Counted from the first letter of the stretch, positions 1 to 11,171 are shown. The stretch is DNA of 64,000 nt from Octopus sinensis (GCF_006345805.1 NC_043013.1:53878001-53942000); one strand, 5' to 3'. Program-made: numbers and translations. Notes: a model not told the origin generated them from the sequence alone.

Positions 1-205
1 TAAGCAAGTAGGTCAACAGAGGAAAGAGTGAGAGAAAGTTGTGGCAAAAGGGTACAGCATGGATCAGCGCCACACCCTGTCAGAGCCTCGTGGAGCGTTT
101 AGGTGTGTTTGCTCAATAAACACTCACAACGCCCGGTCTGGGAATCGAAACCGCGATCCTACGACCGCGAGTCCGCTGCCCTAACCACTGGGCCATTGCG
201 CCTCC
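1..205 (-). mobile_element. tRNA-derived SINE (family C), head at 205, runs off the left window edge
   Basis: Minus strand begins GGAGGCGCAATGGCCCAGTGGTTAGGGCAGCGGACTC...GGTTTCGATTCCC, with Pol III A-box and B-box-like motifs. The body matches the end of the fragment at 9440-9568 (taagcaag.aggtcaa). Confidence 0.75.
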
Positions 206-411
206 ATATATATATACATATGTATGTATATACATATTTGCATATATATATATATAATATATACACATATATATACACATATATATATATGCACACATAT
301 GCATATATACGTCTGTGTGCGTGCGCGCATCTGTTTTCCTGTTCAGCTATAATAAGAAATGATTTCGAATTGATCTGAAGGATTATCCCATGATTTTGAA
401 GAGAAAAAATG

Positions 412-553
412 TATTACTCTCTAACAAGAACAAAATTGACAGTGACTTTGAAGTGTCCGGCATGTGAGCCATCATCTGACAGTCCGATGATGGCCTCGCC
501 TGGCTGGAACTTCAGAATTACTGTCAAAATACTGTTCTTGTTAGAGAATAATA
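412..553. repeat. Imperfect ~140-bp foldback containing two degenerate back-to-back hammerhead-like motifs
   Basis: Arms tattactctctaacaagaaca / tgttcttgttagagaataata, ttgacagt / actgtcaa and ccatcatc / gatgatgg, centred on gacagtc. Confidence 0.75.
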
Positions 554-594
554 TACAGGCATAGAAAGACCGAGCCCAAGATGTACATTTATGG

Positions 595-620
595 ACATGT
601 GTGTGTGTGTGTGTGTGTGG

Positions 621-661
<41 letters not shown>

Positions 662-786
662 TAATATATATATTATATATATTATTTATTATATATATAT
701 ATATAAACGATGATGATGATGATGATGATGATATATATAATATATATAATATATACATATAAATATATACATATATATATATATAC

Positions 787-824
<38 letters not shown>

Positions 825-1126
825 TACATATAAATATATATAATATATATATATATATATATAATATATATAATATATATATATATATACATATAATATA
901 TATATATATGTATGTATGTATATATATAATATATATACTTAGGGAGAGAGAGAGGAAATGTACAATTTATACATATACACATTCTTATGCATATATATAT
1001 TATACACATATACCCATATATGTGTACACATATATGTATATATATATACATACACACACACACAAACATACATACATGCATACATACATACCTACACATA
1101 TACATACATACATACAAATGCTTATA

Positions 1127-1170
<44 letters not shown>

Positions 1171-1172
1171 TA
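595..1172. repeat. Compound microsatellite (GT)n-(TA)n-(GAT)n-(CATA)n
   Basis: Directly visible simple repeats. The aaacgatgatgat motif at ~705-730 is the extreme 3' tail of the RTE-type repeat. Confidence 0.95.
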
Positions 1173-1434
1173 ACCTTCTGTTAGCTACTTTGCATGCTCA
1201 CTAACGAAGCAAACCATAAATAGCAGCAAGCACTAACCAGATGAAGTATTTTGGGAACCAATGAAGAACATGAATGCTATAAATTGGTCACTTGGCAAAC
1301 TAGCATCGACGTCACACTGGAAGATATCAGGCGCCCATCAAGGGTTAGTACGATGTGAAATGATCTGAGAAATGTTTTGAAATTGCATTCTTAAAGTAAT
1401 AAATTCTCCAAGCATGCACAAACTGATTTTGAAT

Positions 1435-1471
<37 letters not shown>

Positions 1472-1844
1472 ATATATATATGTGTGTATATATCTACATA
1501 TATGCATACTCTCTCTCTTTTAATCTTTTACTTGTTTCACTGCCTCTTGGGTTGGTATCAAAAGGGTTAAACCTCTGCAACTTTTACATCCAATTTTTTT
1601 CTCCACAAATTCATACCTTCATAGCAATTAAAATGGAAAACTTTATTATTTTTGCCGATTTTCAGATTTTTACTGTCTTTTAAAAAAGGTATATTTTGTG
1701 AAATGAAAAAACTAGATCTTATATTTTGTTTACTTATAAATTGCAATTTTGGAAAATAAAATTTTCTTTTTTACAGCCGCAATTTCTGTTTTTATTTACC
1801 TGAAATTATAGTAAAAACAAATTTTAACATTTGGCTGTTATTTT

Positions 1845-2228
1845 TAGCACGTGGAGAGACCTTCTTTGGCTTAACTTCATATGCTGGTTGAAAATCATCT
1901 AAAAAACATTCTGGAGTCGGTACATTCGACTAAAAATTCCTCAAGGTGATGCCCCAGCATGGCCACAGTCCAATGACTGAAACAAGTAAAAAGATTTTTG
2001 GAAAGTCAAAAAAAGAAAAATCAATGAATAACCAAAAAATATTACGGTGGGGGTTATAAAAATTTTCAAGAGATTTGGCCTTTATTTCTAGCATGTGGAG
2101 AGACCTTAGCTTCATGTGCTGGTTGAAAATCATTTAAAAAAATTCTGGGGTCGATATATTCGACTAAAAATTCCTCAAAGCGGTGCCCCAGCATGGCCAC
2201 AGTCTGCAACAAGTAAAATAAAAAAAAA
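1845..2228 (+). repeat. Diverged tandem duplication (~240-bp period), each unit ending in a SINE-A 3' tail
   Basis: gca.gtggagagacctt...tgctggttgaaaatcat...ttcgactaaaaattcctcaa...ccccagcatggccacagtc...aacaagtaaaa occurs at ~1847-1993 and ~2091-2220. Confidence 0.7.
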
Positions 2229-2249
2229 TAACTGAAAAATATAACCGTG

Positions 2250-2340
2250 GAGCTTTTGTCCAAGAGGCTTTTGTCTGTAGCGTTCTTGTCCTAGTGGGCT
2301 TTTGTCTGTAGCGTTCTTGTCCTAGTGGGCTTTTATCTGG
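2250..2340. repeat. Short minisatellite (30-bp unit made of 15-bp subunits)
   Basis: ggcttttgtctgtagcgttcttgtcctagt repeated twice, plus partial copies. Confidence 0.8.
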
Positions 2341-2559
2341 ATCTCTTCGCTCCAGACCCCAGTTTACCTTTACACTTTTCATTCTTTCCTTCTATCTTTC
2401 TTCCTTTCTATCCCATCTTTTTATCCTTCTCCTGAGCCCTCGCATTATACCTTTGGAACACAAACACCACTATTTTCTTTCTTAGTTACCATCATGTAGT
2501 GTCCCACATTTTGAAATACTTGCAAATTGGTATTTTCACTGCTTATGTTTGCTTCACTT

Positions 2560-2700
2560 GATCTATTTCCGAAATGAAGCACACACTTCCATAAGTAGTT
2601 GCAGTGCTTGGATCACATTGGTGAAGAATCCATCCTGTTGATCAAAATAGTCTTCAACAGCAGATAAGACGTCATCATAACAGCGATACTGGTGCCCAAT
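2560..2700 (-). pseudogene. mariner transposase C-terminal fragment
   Basis: Minus strand reads GHQYRCYDDVLSAVEDYFDQQDGFFTNVIQALQ, similar to the mariner C-terminal region that follows YSPDL. Confidence 0.5.
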
Positions 2701-2879
2701 CCACATTTTCAGAAAAAACTTTGGACCTTGATTTGCACCCACTTAGCAAATTGTGTTGCTCAGCCAGCTACCCAGGGTTTCCAGGCTGAAATATGAATTT
2801 GTTTCGCAATTTTCCAAACTGAGAAAAAGACCATTTATTCATTGTTTTTTAAACAGATGACATTGAATAAGGGATTATT

Positions 2880-3110
2880 GCTACTACTTGTTTCATCCAT
2901 TAGACAGTGGCCATGATGGAGCACCACCTTGAAGAAGTTGAAAGAATCAAACCCAGTACTTATTGCTTTTTTTAAAAAAAAAGCCTGTTACTTATTCTAT
3001 CAGTCTTTTTTGCTGAACCACTAAGCAATGTGGATGTAAAGACACCACACCAGTTGTCAAGCATTGGTGGGGGACAAACAGAGACATGAATACATACATA
3101 CATATATATA
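2880..3110 (-). mobile_element. SINE family A, 3' half
   Basis: ggccatgatggagcaccacc...tacttattctatcagtc...gttgtcaagc matches the copies at 44120 and 54290. Confidence 0.7.
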
Positions 3111-3138
3111 TACATGCATACATACATACATACATACA

Positions 3139-3174
<36 letters not shown>

Positions 3175-3448
3175 TAACATAACAATGATGGCTAGGCACA
3201 ATATAGAACCATAAAGGAAAAATTCAGTTGTTGCTAATAGTGAGTGGAAGTGCAGGGTAGCACCTACATTGCTAGAAACAAGAGTCAAAGACCCTTCTAG
3301 CCACAGAAAGCACATTGTCTATCTACGGACAGGGAAGATAACCACCCTACAGTGAGTGAGGTCAATATACTAGCAAGCTAGTTTGACTTTGAATTAAAAT
3401 ACAGCAGTAGATTACTCCATCGCCCATGGCTAAGGTAAATCCTATGTA

Positions 3449-3497
<49 letters not shown>

Positions 3498-3499
<2 letters not shown>

Positions 3500-5440
3500 T
3501 AAACAGTAAAATTAAATACAGACATGGACAAGAACATGAAACACCACAGAGACGACACAAGAACCACAGGACGGGACATTCGAAGCCCTCAGTCATCAGT
3601 CAAGAACCAGATCATCTTAGCAATTTCGGCTGATTAATCTTGAGATTGCTCCGATATGGCCAGCCCGCCAAGGAAATCTAAGCCAAGCGCATTAGATCCC
3701 CTGGAAGAAAGCTTCGAATGTATACAACGAAAGGACGGAAAACGATCGAAGTACAAACAACAAAAATACAGAATACGTGACACCAATAAGAATACAAAAA
3801 CGTAAAAACAATAACGGTAAAAATAAAAAATAAACACAACAAACAAACCAGGACGTAGGACAAGGGTCTTTCGACAGGACGATTGAGTAGGGGCTGGCTT
3901 GTGAAGTTGTGCCTAAGGCCACGGGGAGAGACGAACAAATCCGTGTTGCTTCTGAGGCTGCTGAAAACGAAAAGAGCGCTCAACAGCGGCTAGCTGTCAC
4001 GTGAGAACAAAAGACAGGAGAAAGGGACAGATGAAAAGGGAGAGAAGGTGACGAGGGAGGAGAAGAAAGAGACAGATCGAGGGGGCTGGAGGTGAGAGAG
4101 ATAGAGAAACGTAGAAAGGGGGGGGGGGACGGATGGAGAGGGAAAGAACGGAAGTGGAATAAGGGAGGAGGAGAGAGAGAGAAAAAGAGACAGATTAAGA
4201 GTCGTATCAAAGCTTGAGAAAAAAATATACTTATCGTATAAGGACAATTGTGGATACGTAGCCGCCGATTATATAGGTAAACAGTAAAATTAAATACAGA
4301 CATGGACAAGAACATGAAACACCACAGAGACGACACAAGAACCACAGGACGGGACATTCGAAGCCTCAGTATCAGTCAAGAACCAGATCATCTTAGCAAT
4401 TTCGGCTGATTAATCTTGAGATTGCTCCGATATGGCCAGCCCGCCAAGGGAAATCTAAGCCAAGCGCATTAGATCCCCTGGAAGAAAGCTTCGAATGTAT
4501 ACAACGAAAGGACGGAAAACGATCGAAGTACACAAACAAAAATACAGAATACGTGACACACCAATAAGAATACAAAAACGTAAAAACAATAACGGTAAAA
4601 ATAAAAAATAAACAACAAAACAAAACCAGGACGTAGGACAAGGGTCTTTCGACAGGACGATTTGAGTAGGGGCTGGCTTGTGAAGTTGTGCCTAAAGGCA
4701 CGGGGAGACGAACAAATCCGTGTTGCTTCTGAGGCTGCTGAAAACGAAAAGAGCGCTCCACAGCGGCTAGCTGTCACGTGAGAACAAAAGACAGGAGAAA
4801 GGGACAGATGAAAAGGGAGAGAAGGTGGACGAGGGAGGAGAGAAAGAGACAGATCGAGGGGCTGGAGGTGAGAGAGATAGAGAAACGTAGAAAGGGGGGG
4901 GGGGACGGATGGAGAGGGAAAGAACGGAAGTGGAATAAGGGAGGAGGGAGAGAGAGAGAAAAAGAGACAGATTAAAGTCGTATCAAAGCTTGAGAAAAAA
5001 ATATACTTATCGTATAAGGACAATTGTGGATACGTAGCCGCCGATTATATAGGTAAACAGTAAAATTAAATACAGACATGGACAAGAACATGAAACACCA
5101 CAGAGACGACACAAGAACCACAGGACGGGACATTCGAAGCCCTCAGTCATCAGTCAAGAACCAGATCATCTAGCAATTTCGGCTGATTAATCTGAGATTG
5201 CTCCGATATGGCCAGCCCGCCAAGGGAAATCTAAGCCAAGCGCATTAGATCCCCTGGAGAAAGCTTCGAATGTATACAACGAAAGGACGGAAAACGATCG
5301 AAGTACACAAACAAAAATACAGAATACGTGACACCAATAAGAATACAAAAACGTAAAAACAATAACGGAAATAAAAAAAAAATAATCAAACAACAAAAAA
5401 CCAGGACGTAGGACAAGGGTCTTTCGACAGGACGATTTGA
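3498..5440 (-). mobile_element. Non-coding ~777-bp element in 2.5 head-to-tail copies inside (TA)n; hammerhead-bearing (retrozyme or Penelope pLTR-like)
   Basis: The unit start ggtaaacagtaaaattaaatacag occurs at 3498, 4276 and 5052 (periods 778 and 776). The third copy stops at ~5440, and (TA)n flanks both ends. Copies differ mostly by 1-bp indels. No credible ORF. Confidence 0.85.
3584..3661 (-). ncRNA. Candidate hammerhead ribozyme with non-circularly permuted strand order (copy 1; further copies ~4362-4437 and ~5138-5213)
   Basis: Minus strand AGCAA-UC-UCAAGA-uuaauc-AGCC-GAAA-UUGCU...UCUUGA-CUGAUGA-cugag-GGCU. Stem III is AGCAA/UUGCU, stem I is UCAAGA/UCUUGA and stem II is GGCU/AGCC. Predicted cleavage is between 3644 and 3643. 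Confidence 0.7.
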
Positions 5441-5566
5441 TATATATATATATATATATATAGTACATATATTATATATAAACAAGAAATTAAATGGAGA
5501 GATACAAATGACAATCCATATTTATGTGGCATTCAACCAATGTACAATGTACAACCAATGTTTTAC

Positions 5567-6158
5567 ACACCACTTTGAAGGAATTTTTTTCCTTTATTAC
5601 CTTATGTTGTATATATATATTATATCATCATCATCATCATCATCGTTTAATGTCTGTTCTCCATGCTAGCATGGGTTGGACGGTTCGACCGGGGATCTGG
5701 GAAGCCAGAAGGCTGCACCAGGCTCCGGTCTTATCTGGCAATGTTTCTACAGCTGGATGCCCTTCCTAACGCCAACCACTCCGTGAGTGTAGTGGGTGCT
5801 TTTTACGTGCCACCTGCACTGGTGCCAGGCGAGGCTGGCATCAGCCATGGTCGGATTGGTGCAATTTACGTGCCACCTGCACGGAAGCCAGTCGAGGCGA
5901 CACTGGCTTCGGCCACGATTCGGATGGTGCTTTTTACGTGCCATCGACACGGAAGCCAGTCGAGGCGGCGCTGGCATCGGCCACGATTCGGATAGTGCTT
6001 TTTACGTATCTCCAGTCCAGGGGTCCTGGCATCTGCCGGGTGCCAGTCATAGGATTGGTTCAATTTCGATTCCGATTCCAATTTCGATTTCGATTTCACT
6101 TGCCCCAACAATATATATACAACATAAGGTAGTAAAGGAAAAAAATTCCTTCAAAGTG

Positions 6159-6162
<4 letters not shown>
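5567..6162. mobile_element. Small foldback/MITE (~50-bp arms) split by an RTE 3'-end insertion
   Basis: acaccactttgaaggaatttttttcctttattaccttatgttgtata (5567-) is the reverse complement of tatacaacataaggtagtaaaggaaaaaaattccttcaaagtggtgt (-6162), with one mismatch. Confidence 0.75.
5625..6108 (-). mobile_element. 5'-truncated RTE LINE 3' UTR (or a SINE sharing it) with (GAT)n tail and internal ~60-bp repeats
   Basis: (CAT)n-cgtttaa...ccatgctagcatgggttggacgg...ctggatgcccttcctaacgccaacc is the reverse complement of the RTE tail at 34700-34891. Confidence 0.85.
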
Positions 6163-6210
<48 letters not shown>

Positions 6211-6329
6211 GTATATATATATATATATATATAAAAGCAATATGTTTCAAATAGAAAATAGAAACTACAAGTGGAGGATAAGATATAGGGAAAGTAAGAA
6301 GAAAACAAGCAAAAATGCATATTGAATAT

Positions 6330-6608
6330 CATTTTTGCGGATAGTAGACTGTATTGAACATGAAACAGTTGTTTAGTAGGATGAATTTCAGTGCTGCAAT
6401 TATGAATCTGTGGTTGATGCATCCTGGGGTCTCTTCTGGGTATTGTTTCTATGCCATCATCGCGTGGGATATTGGTGTACAGGTTCCCCACAATAAATGA
6501 TACTAACAGGGTTCCTTCATTTATTCTCTTTGGAAGGTGGTTAAGCATGTCTAAGTCATCCCAACACCATTTGATGATCGGTAAGCATTCAAAGCCAGTG
6601 AACAGCAA
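6330..6608 (-). pseudogene. Penelope-like reverse transcriptase fragment (inverted relative to the adjacent element)
   Basis: DDLDMLNHLP...TLLVSFIVGNLYTNIPRDDGIETI resembles the PLE RT motif LVSFDVxxLYTNIP, with the catalytic D lost. Confidence 0.75.
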
Positions 6609-6639
6609 TTATGACACTGGTTTGACTTTGAATCTCTTT

Positions 6640-9350
6640 AACAATTCAAAATATTAAATTTAATTCCTCTTAATTCTACCTCAGTTCATCTAATTGTATT
6701 TATTTACCGCTACTTTTCATTAAAAAAGCCTTTATTTTTTTTTTTTATATTCAATGTGCATTTTTGCGTTTTTTTCTTCTGATTTTCTTCTTATTTTCCC
6801 CATATCTTTTCCACGTGTAGTTTCTATTTTCTCTTTGAAACATATTCCTTTTGTATTTTACTACACCTGAGACCAAAAATGCCACAGATATCAAACTCTT
6901 CAGTTAAAACTCTCAACGAAGATACTCTAAAAGAGCTAAAAGAGATTAACTCGAAGTTGAGACTCTTAATTAACAAGATTGATGAACCAACTCGATTTAT
7001 ACAAGAGGAAAAGGAAAAAGAAGAGAAAAGGCAATCTCTGGAACAACTTAATCAACATTTGACCAAATTATGCACCACCCTTCAATCTTTACCTCACAAT
7101 AATTGTATAAATGAAAATCCCCCTATAGATGATCATCATCATCATTGTTCGACCAGGGTCGAGACAATGGAATTTACCGTGCTACGCCAGACTTCATGGT
7201 CCATCATAGCATTACGGAGGTCCTGTTGCTGGATGCCTGTATCCCTGGAGATTACATCAGGGTAGGAGAGTGTAGGTTCCATCCAACCGCCTCTCAAGCT
7301 TCTTTGATAACGTCCAGGTTTCTGAGCCATATAGTAGAATTGGTTCGACTGTGGCTTTGAAGATTTCAAGTTTGAAGTCTCTACTTAGATTTGATGACCA
7401 GACCTTATGCATGTCATTACAGGCTGACCAGGCCATACCCTTTCTAGTTAGAAAATCTTTTCCAGATGATGATATGTATGACCCAAGATATTTGTAATCA
7501 GAAACCATATTTAAAGGTGCACTGTTGAGAGTATGGATGATGCAATCACTGTTGGACAGGCACTTGTTTATGTATTCAGTCTTGGCCTCGTTGAGGTAAA
7601 GACCTACACAATTTGAGGCTTGTTCGAGAGATTGTAAAAGAGACTGGGCATTGGAGAGAGAATCACTGATAAGAGCGATGTCGTCAGCAAAGTCAGTGTC
7701 TGTCAAGTATTCAGCTGGGTGTCTGGAACTTCTTCTTGGTTTTATTTCAAAGCCCTTGCTAGAAATGGTATCAACTGACATACGTAGCACATAGTCAACG
7801 ACAATGATGAAAAGAAATGGGGCGAGTGTGTCTCCCTGCAGTATTCCGGCTTTGATTGAGAAAGATGATGTTCCTCCGTCAGGGGTTAAGATGGTTGAAG
7901 ACGTATCTGTGTAGAGGACCTTGATGGCAGAAATGATTTTGTCTGGTATCCCATAGAGCTTAAGGATTTCAAACATCTTGTACCTATCTACAGAGTCGAA
8001 CGCTTTAGAAAAGTCTACAAACACCATTGCAAGATCGCGATTAAATGCTTTTGATCCTTCAATAAGTCTATAGATGATACACAGGATAGAACCCCGCTCC
8101 ACGTATTCACAATCAATTAAAAACCGGATTATCCATATCTGGAATGAGAAACTTCAAGCCAGAAAATTTTCTTTCTGGAATATCATTAAAAGCAACTATA
8201 AGGCAGTAATTTATGAATGTTGGTTAAATTCAACACCAATAATTTTACCTCGTGAATTTCAAATTAATCCCATACCAAACGAGCAGGACCAACGAAGACA
8301 ATTAAGGGAGAAACTAGCATAGGAAAAATTGAAGACAGAAATCAAACTCAAGCTTAGAGCATTAAGCAATGAACAACAATTAAAAAACACAGACAAGGAA
8401 ATATATACAGAATTAAGGAAACGTTCCCAGATGGTCAATGCTTGGAAAGTGTTTAGAAACTGTGGAAAAAACTTGTGAAGCTGAAGAGACCAACTCCCTG
8501 CAATGCTGGGAAAGACAAGCCAATTTCTTTATTAACTACGAAACACAGTTCACCATAGAAAACACATCGGCTAACCTCTTCCTGAAGAAAAATAAACCAA
8601 AAACATAACACAGAAATGACCCCACACTTATCAAACACAAACCACAGACAGTCTAGGGAACACAACTCCACCGACCTGACCTCTCTTACATCCCAAAATA
8701 ACTTTCAAACAACAAATAGAAAATCCAGACGTAATCCTCAAGGCATCCAACATACAAATAAAAGGTTCCATCGAAACCTCCAGACTAACCTAAACTTTTG
8801 GAACTGCTACCTACCAATCTACTCCCATCATCTCACAATCAATGGAAGAATTTACCTCCAAGACTTAACCCTCAACATGGTTACTTCAATCATTCAACTA
8901 AACACAACCTAATTAGACAACGTAACTTCTCCCTCCACCCACATTACAATATTGAAAATAGATTTAACCGAAACCACATCAACCATAGACAACCCTCGGC
9001 ACAACCATAATCTAGTCCACTACACGGTCACCCCACCACAATCACACTACCACAGACACACTTTACACCTGTTTTCTCCTCACCAAACCAAACCAAACAC
9101 AATACAGACTTCCCACAACAATCCACCTGCAACAACCATTTTTTGGACTTAAATCAGAAAAAACAGAGATGTGAAATGGAACAAAATACACAAGAACAAC
9201 CGAAAATAATCAACTTATCAAAGAAAATCCTAAGTATTACACAAACTCACATTCTAGCAAGAGGTTTAAAGTTTACACCAACTCCTTGGAGATCGAACCC
9301 GAATGAAATTAAGGATAACATTATGGTACATATGTGTTTTATGCAAAATC
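6640..9350 (+). mobile_element. 5' portion of a degenerate Penelope-like element, interrupted by an RTE insertion
   Basis: Broken ORF pieces at 6879- (coiled-coil-like), 8074-8322 (WNEKLQARKFSFWN...YECWL...P.EF) and 9143-9355. The last reads IINLSKKILS...ILARGLKFTPTP, the typical N-terminal motif ahead of PLE RT. Confidence 0.65.
7134..8067 (-). mobile_element. 5'-truncated RTE-clade LINE (RT domain) with 11-bp target-site duplication
   Basis: ORF 7257-8102 has FVDFSKAFDSV, GILQGDTLAPFLF, DFADDIAL, YKYLGS and LLYGSETW. (GAT)n tail at ~7134-7145. TSD ctatagatgat at 7123-7133 and 8068-8078. Confidence 0.92.
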
Positions 9351-9439
9351 TGTGATGAACCTGAGTGATTGCTGATGACCTGGAGTCACCTCTGATATAT
9401 ATATATATATATATGAATATGATGATATATATATATATA

Positions 9440-9715
9440 TATATATCACCATGATCACCGTGACTGACCAGGCTATCAGATGTTGCTACACATCGCTGGT
9501 CACAATGCACTTCGCATTGTTTTAGCCTTCAAATGATGCCACCCCGCTGGCTAAGCAAGCAGGTCAATATACATATATATATATACATGACAAGCTTCTT
9601 TCTGTTTCTGTCTACCAAATCCACTCATAAGGCTTTGGTTGGCCCAAGGATATAGTAGAAGGCAGTTGTCAGGCAGTGGGACTAAACCTGGAAGTATGTG
9701 GTCAGGAAGGAAACC
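9440..9715 (-). mobile_element. SINE C 3' fragment (9440-9568) followed by SINE A 5' half (9585-9715)
   Basis: Matches the sequence at position 1 and the cttctttc.gtttctgtctaccaaatccactca.aaggc block of family A. Confidence 0.65.
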
Positions 9716-10560
9716 TATAGATGATATAGTCCTAGATACATTATGACATTAAAACAAAGACAAGAAAGTTGTGTCTGTAATGATGGTGATCTCAGATCTG
9801 CTTGATCAGGGCTGTGACGAGATTAAACAACAACTCACTGACTGTGCCACAGCCCAAGCAGGTAACCATTCAGCTGGTAGTTTGATATCCAATTAATTCA
9901 GTCAGAAGAAACATGAATACAATGTAGATTAAAATTCTTATCTGCAAAACTCTAAAAATATAAGTTAATAATTTTAAATATTTAAAACTTTCAACGTCCA
10001 TTTCTCTTTTTTTTTTCTTTTCTTTCTCTTAGAAAACAACTCAGTTAATTTAGGCTAAAATCTTGTATTTCACTTGAAGTATTGTAGTCTAAGTATAAAA
10101 ACAGGAAGATAGATAAAGCTATTTAACACAGCAGCAGTTGTGAGAAAACCAAATTTATTCAATATTTTCGCCTTTAACAAGTTCAAATCTTCAACTCAAC
10201 ATTGCTAGAGCTGTTTACCATTTTATTCTGGTTCTAAAACATTGGTTTTTGTTTGTTTTTTTACTTCAAAATTAGATTTTATTAAAGGTGAAACTGAATA
10301 TATTTTAGTTTTCTCCTACTGTACAATGTGACATAACTTCCTTTACTATTTGCATGTAGCTGAATTTACTTAGAATTCTTCAAAAAAAAAGAAAGAAAAA
10401 GGAATATAAACCACATAACGAAACCACTTATACATATGCATATGTGTACCTGCACATGTAAACATATGTGAATGTTTGTGTATGAATGTGTATATATATA
10501 TATATATATATATACACGCATATGCATTGTATGTATGTGTATATATATATATTTATATAC

Positions 10561-10596
<36 letters not shown>

Positions 10597-11157
10597 ATAC
10601 ACACACATGTTTGTATGTGTAAGTATATGTGGGTACATGTGTTTCTTTCTCTTTTGAAATTGCTTTAATTCCTCTGACAAGGAAGAAGCTGGTTTCTAAC
10701 AAAATGATAAATTCCCTGGAATTTGGATAATGAAAATGATGTTACGTGCTGAACTTCAGGAAAATTTTGCACACTTTCACTGTGCTACTTAAAGATTGTA
10801 TTTGTAAAGTGAGTACGAGCTGGTCTCTTTCTTTGCCTAGAATCCTAAATTTTCAAGATTGTTATTTAAATAGTTATGAACATAATCAAGGGCACTAATT
10901 TGTCATATAATTAATTTCTCATATAAATGAGAAATTATAATCAGAGTAGGGAAGTTTTTGTCTATAAAAATTCTCCTTTTAATTGATTTTCAAATGTTCC
11001 CATCTACAAAGGAGATGACCCCTTTAGTGGTAGATTGGATATACTTTTCTGTCCCAAACAACTATCTCAGACCTGTTTTGGCAGAAGTTTTGATGAGAAT
11101 GGTCCACCAATATTCTTTGTACTGTCATGCATGAATTGAATTATGTGCATTATGTAT

Positions 11158-11171
11158 ACACATCATCACCA

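Noticed and set aside
130-205. tRNA gene-like sequence (also at 13535 and 40836)
   Set aside because: A/B boxes are present, but there is no complete cloverleaf and each continues into a repeated body, so these are SINE heads.
689-1204. Long YI/IY/HT/CV/MYVC-rich ORFs here and at ~10366, ~48044, ~50846 and ~54118
   Set aside because: These are translations of (TA)n, (CA)n and (TATG)n microsatellites.
3634-5485. Repeated minus-strand ORFs in the 777-bp units
   Set aside because: Low-complexity F/S/L/P-rich frames that shift between near-identical copies and have no recognisable domain.
5800-6010. Regularly spaced repeats resembling a CRISPR array (also 34510-34720 and 45120-45470)
   Set aside because: The spacers are themselves homologous, the context is eukaryotic, and no cas genes are present. 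This is an internal array of the RTE 3' UTR.
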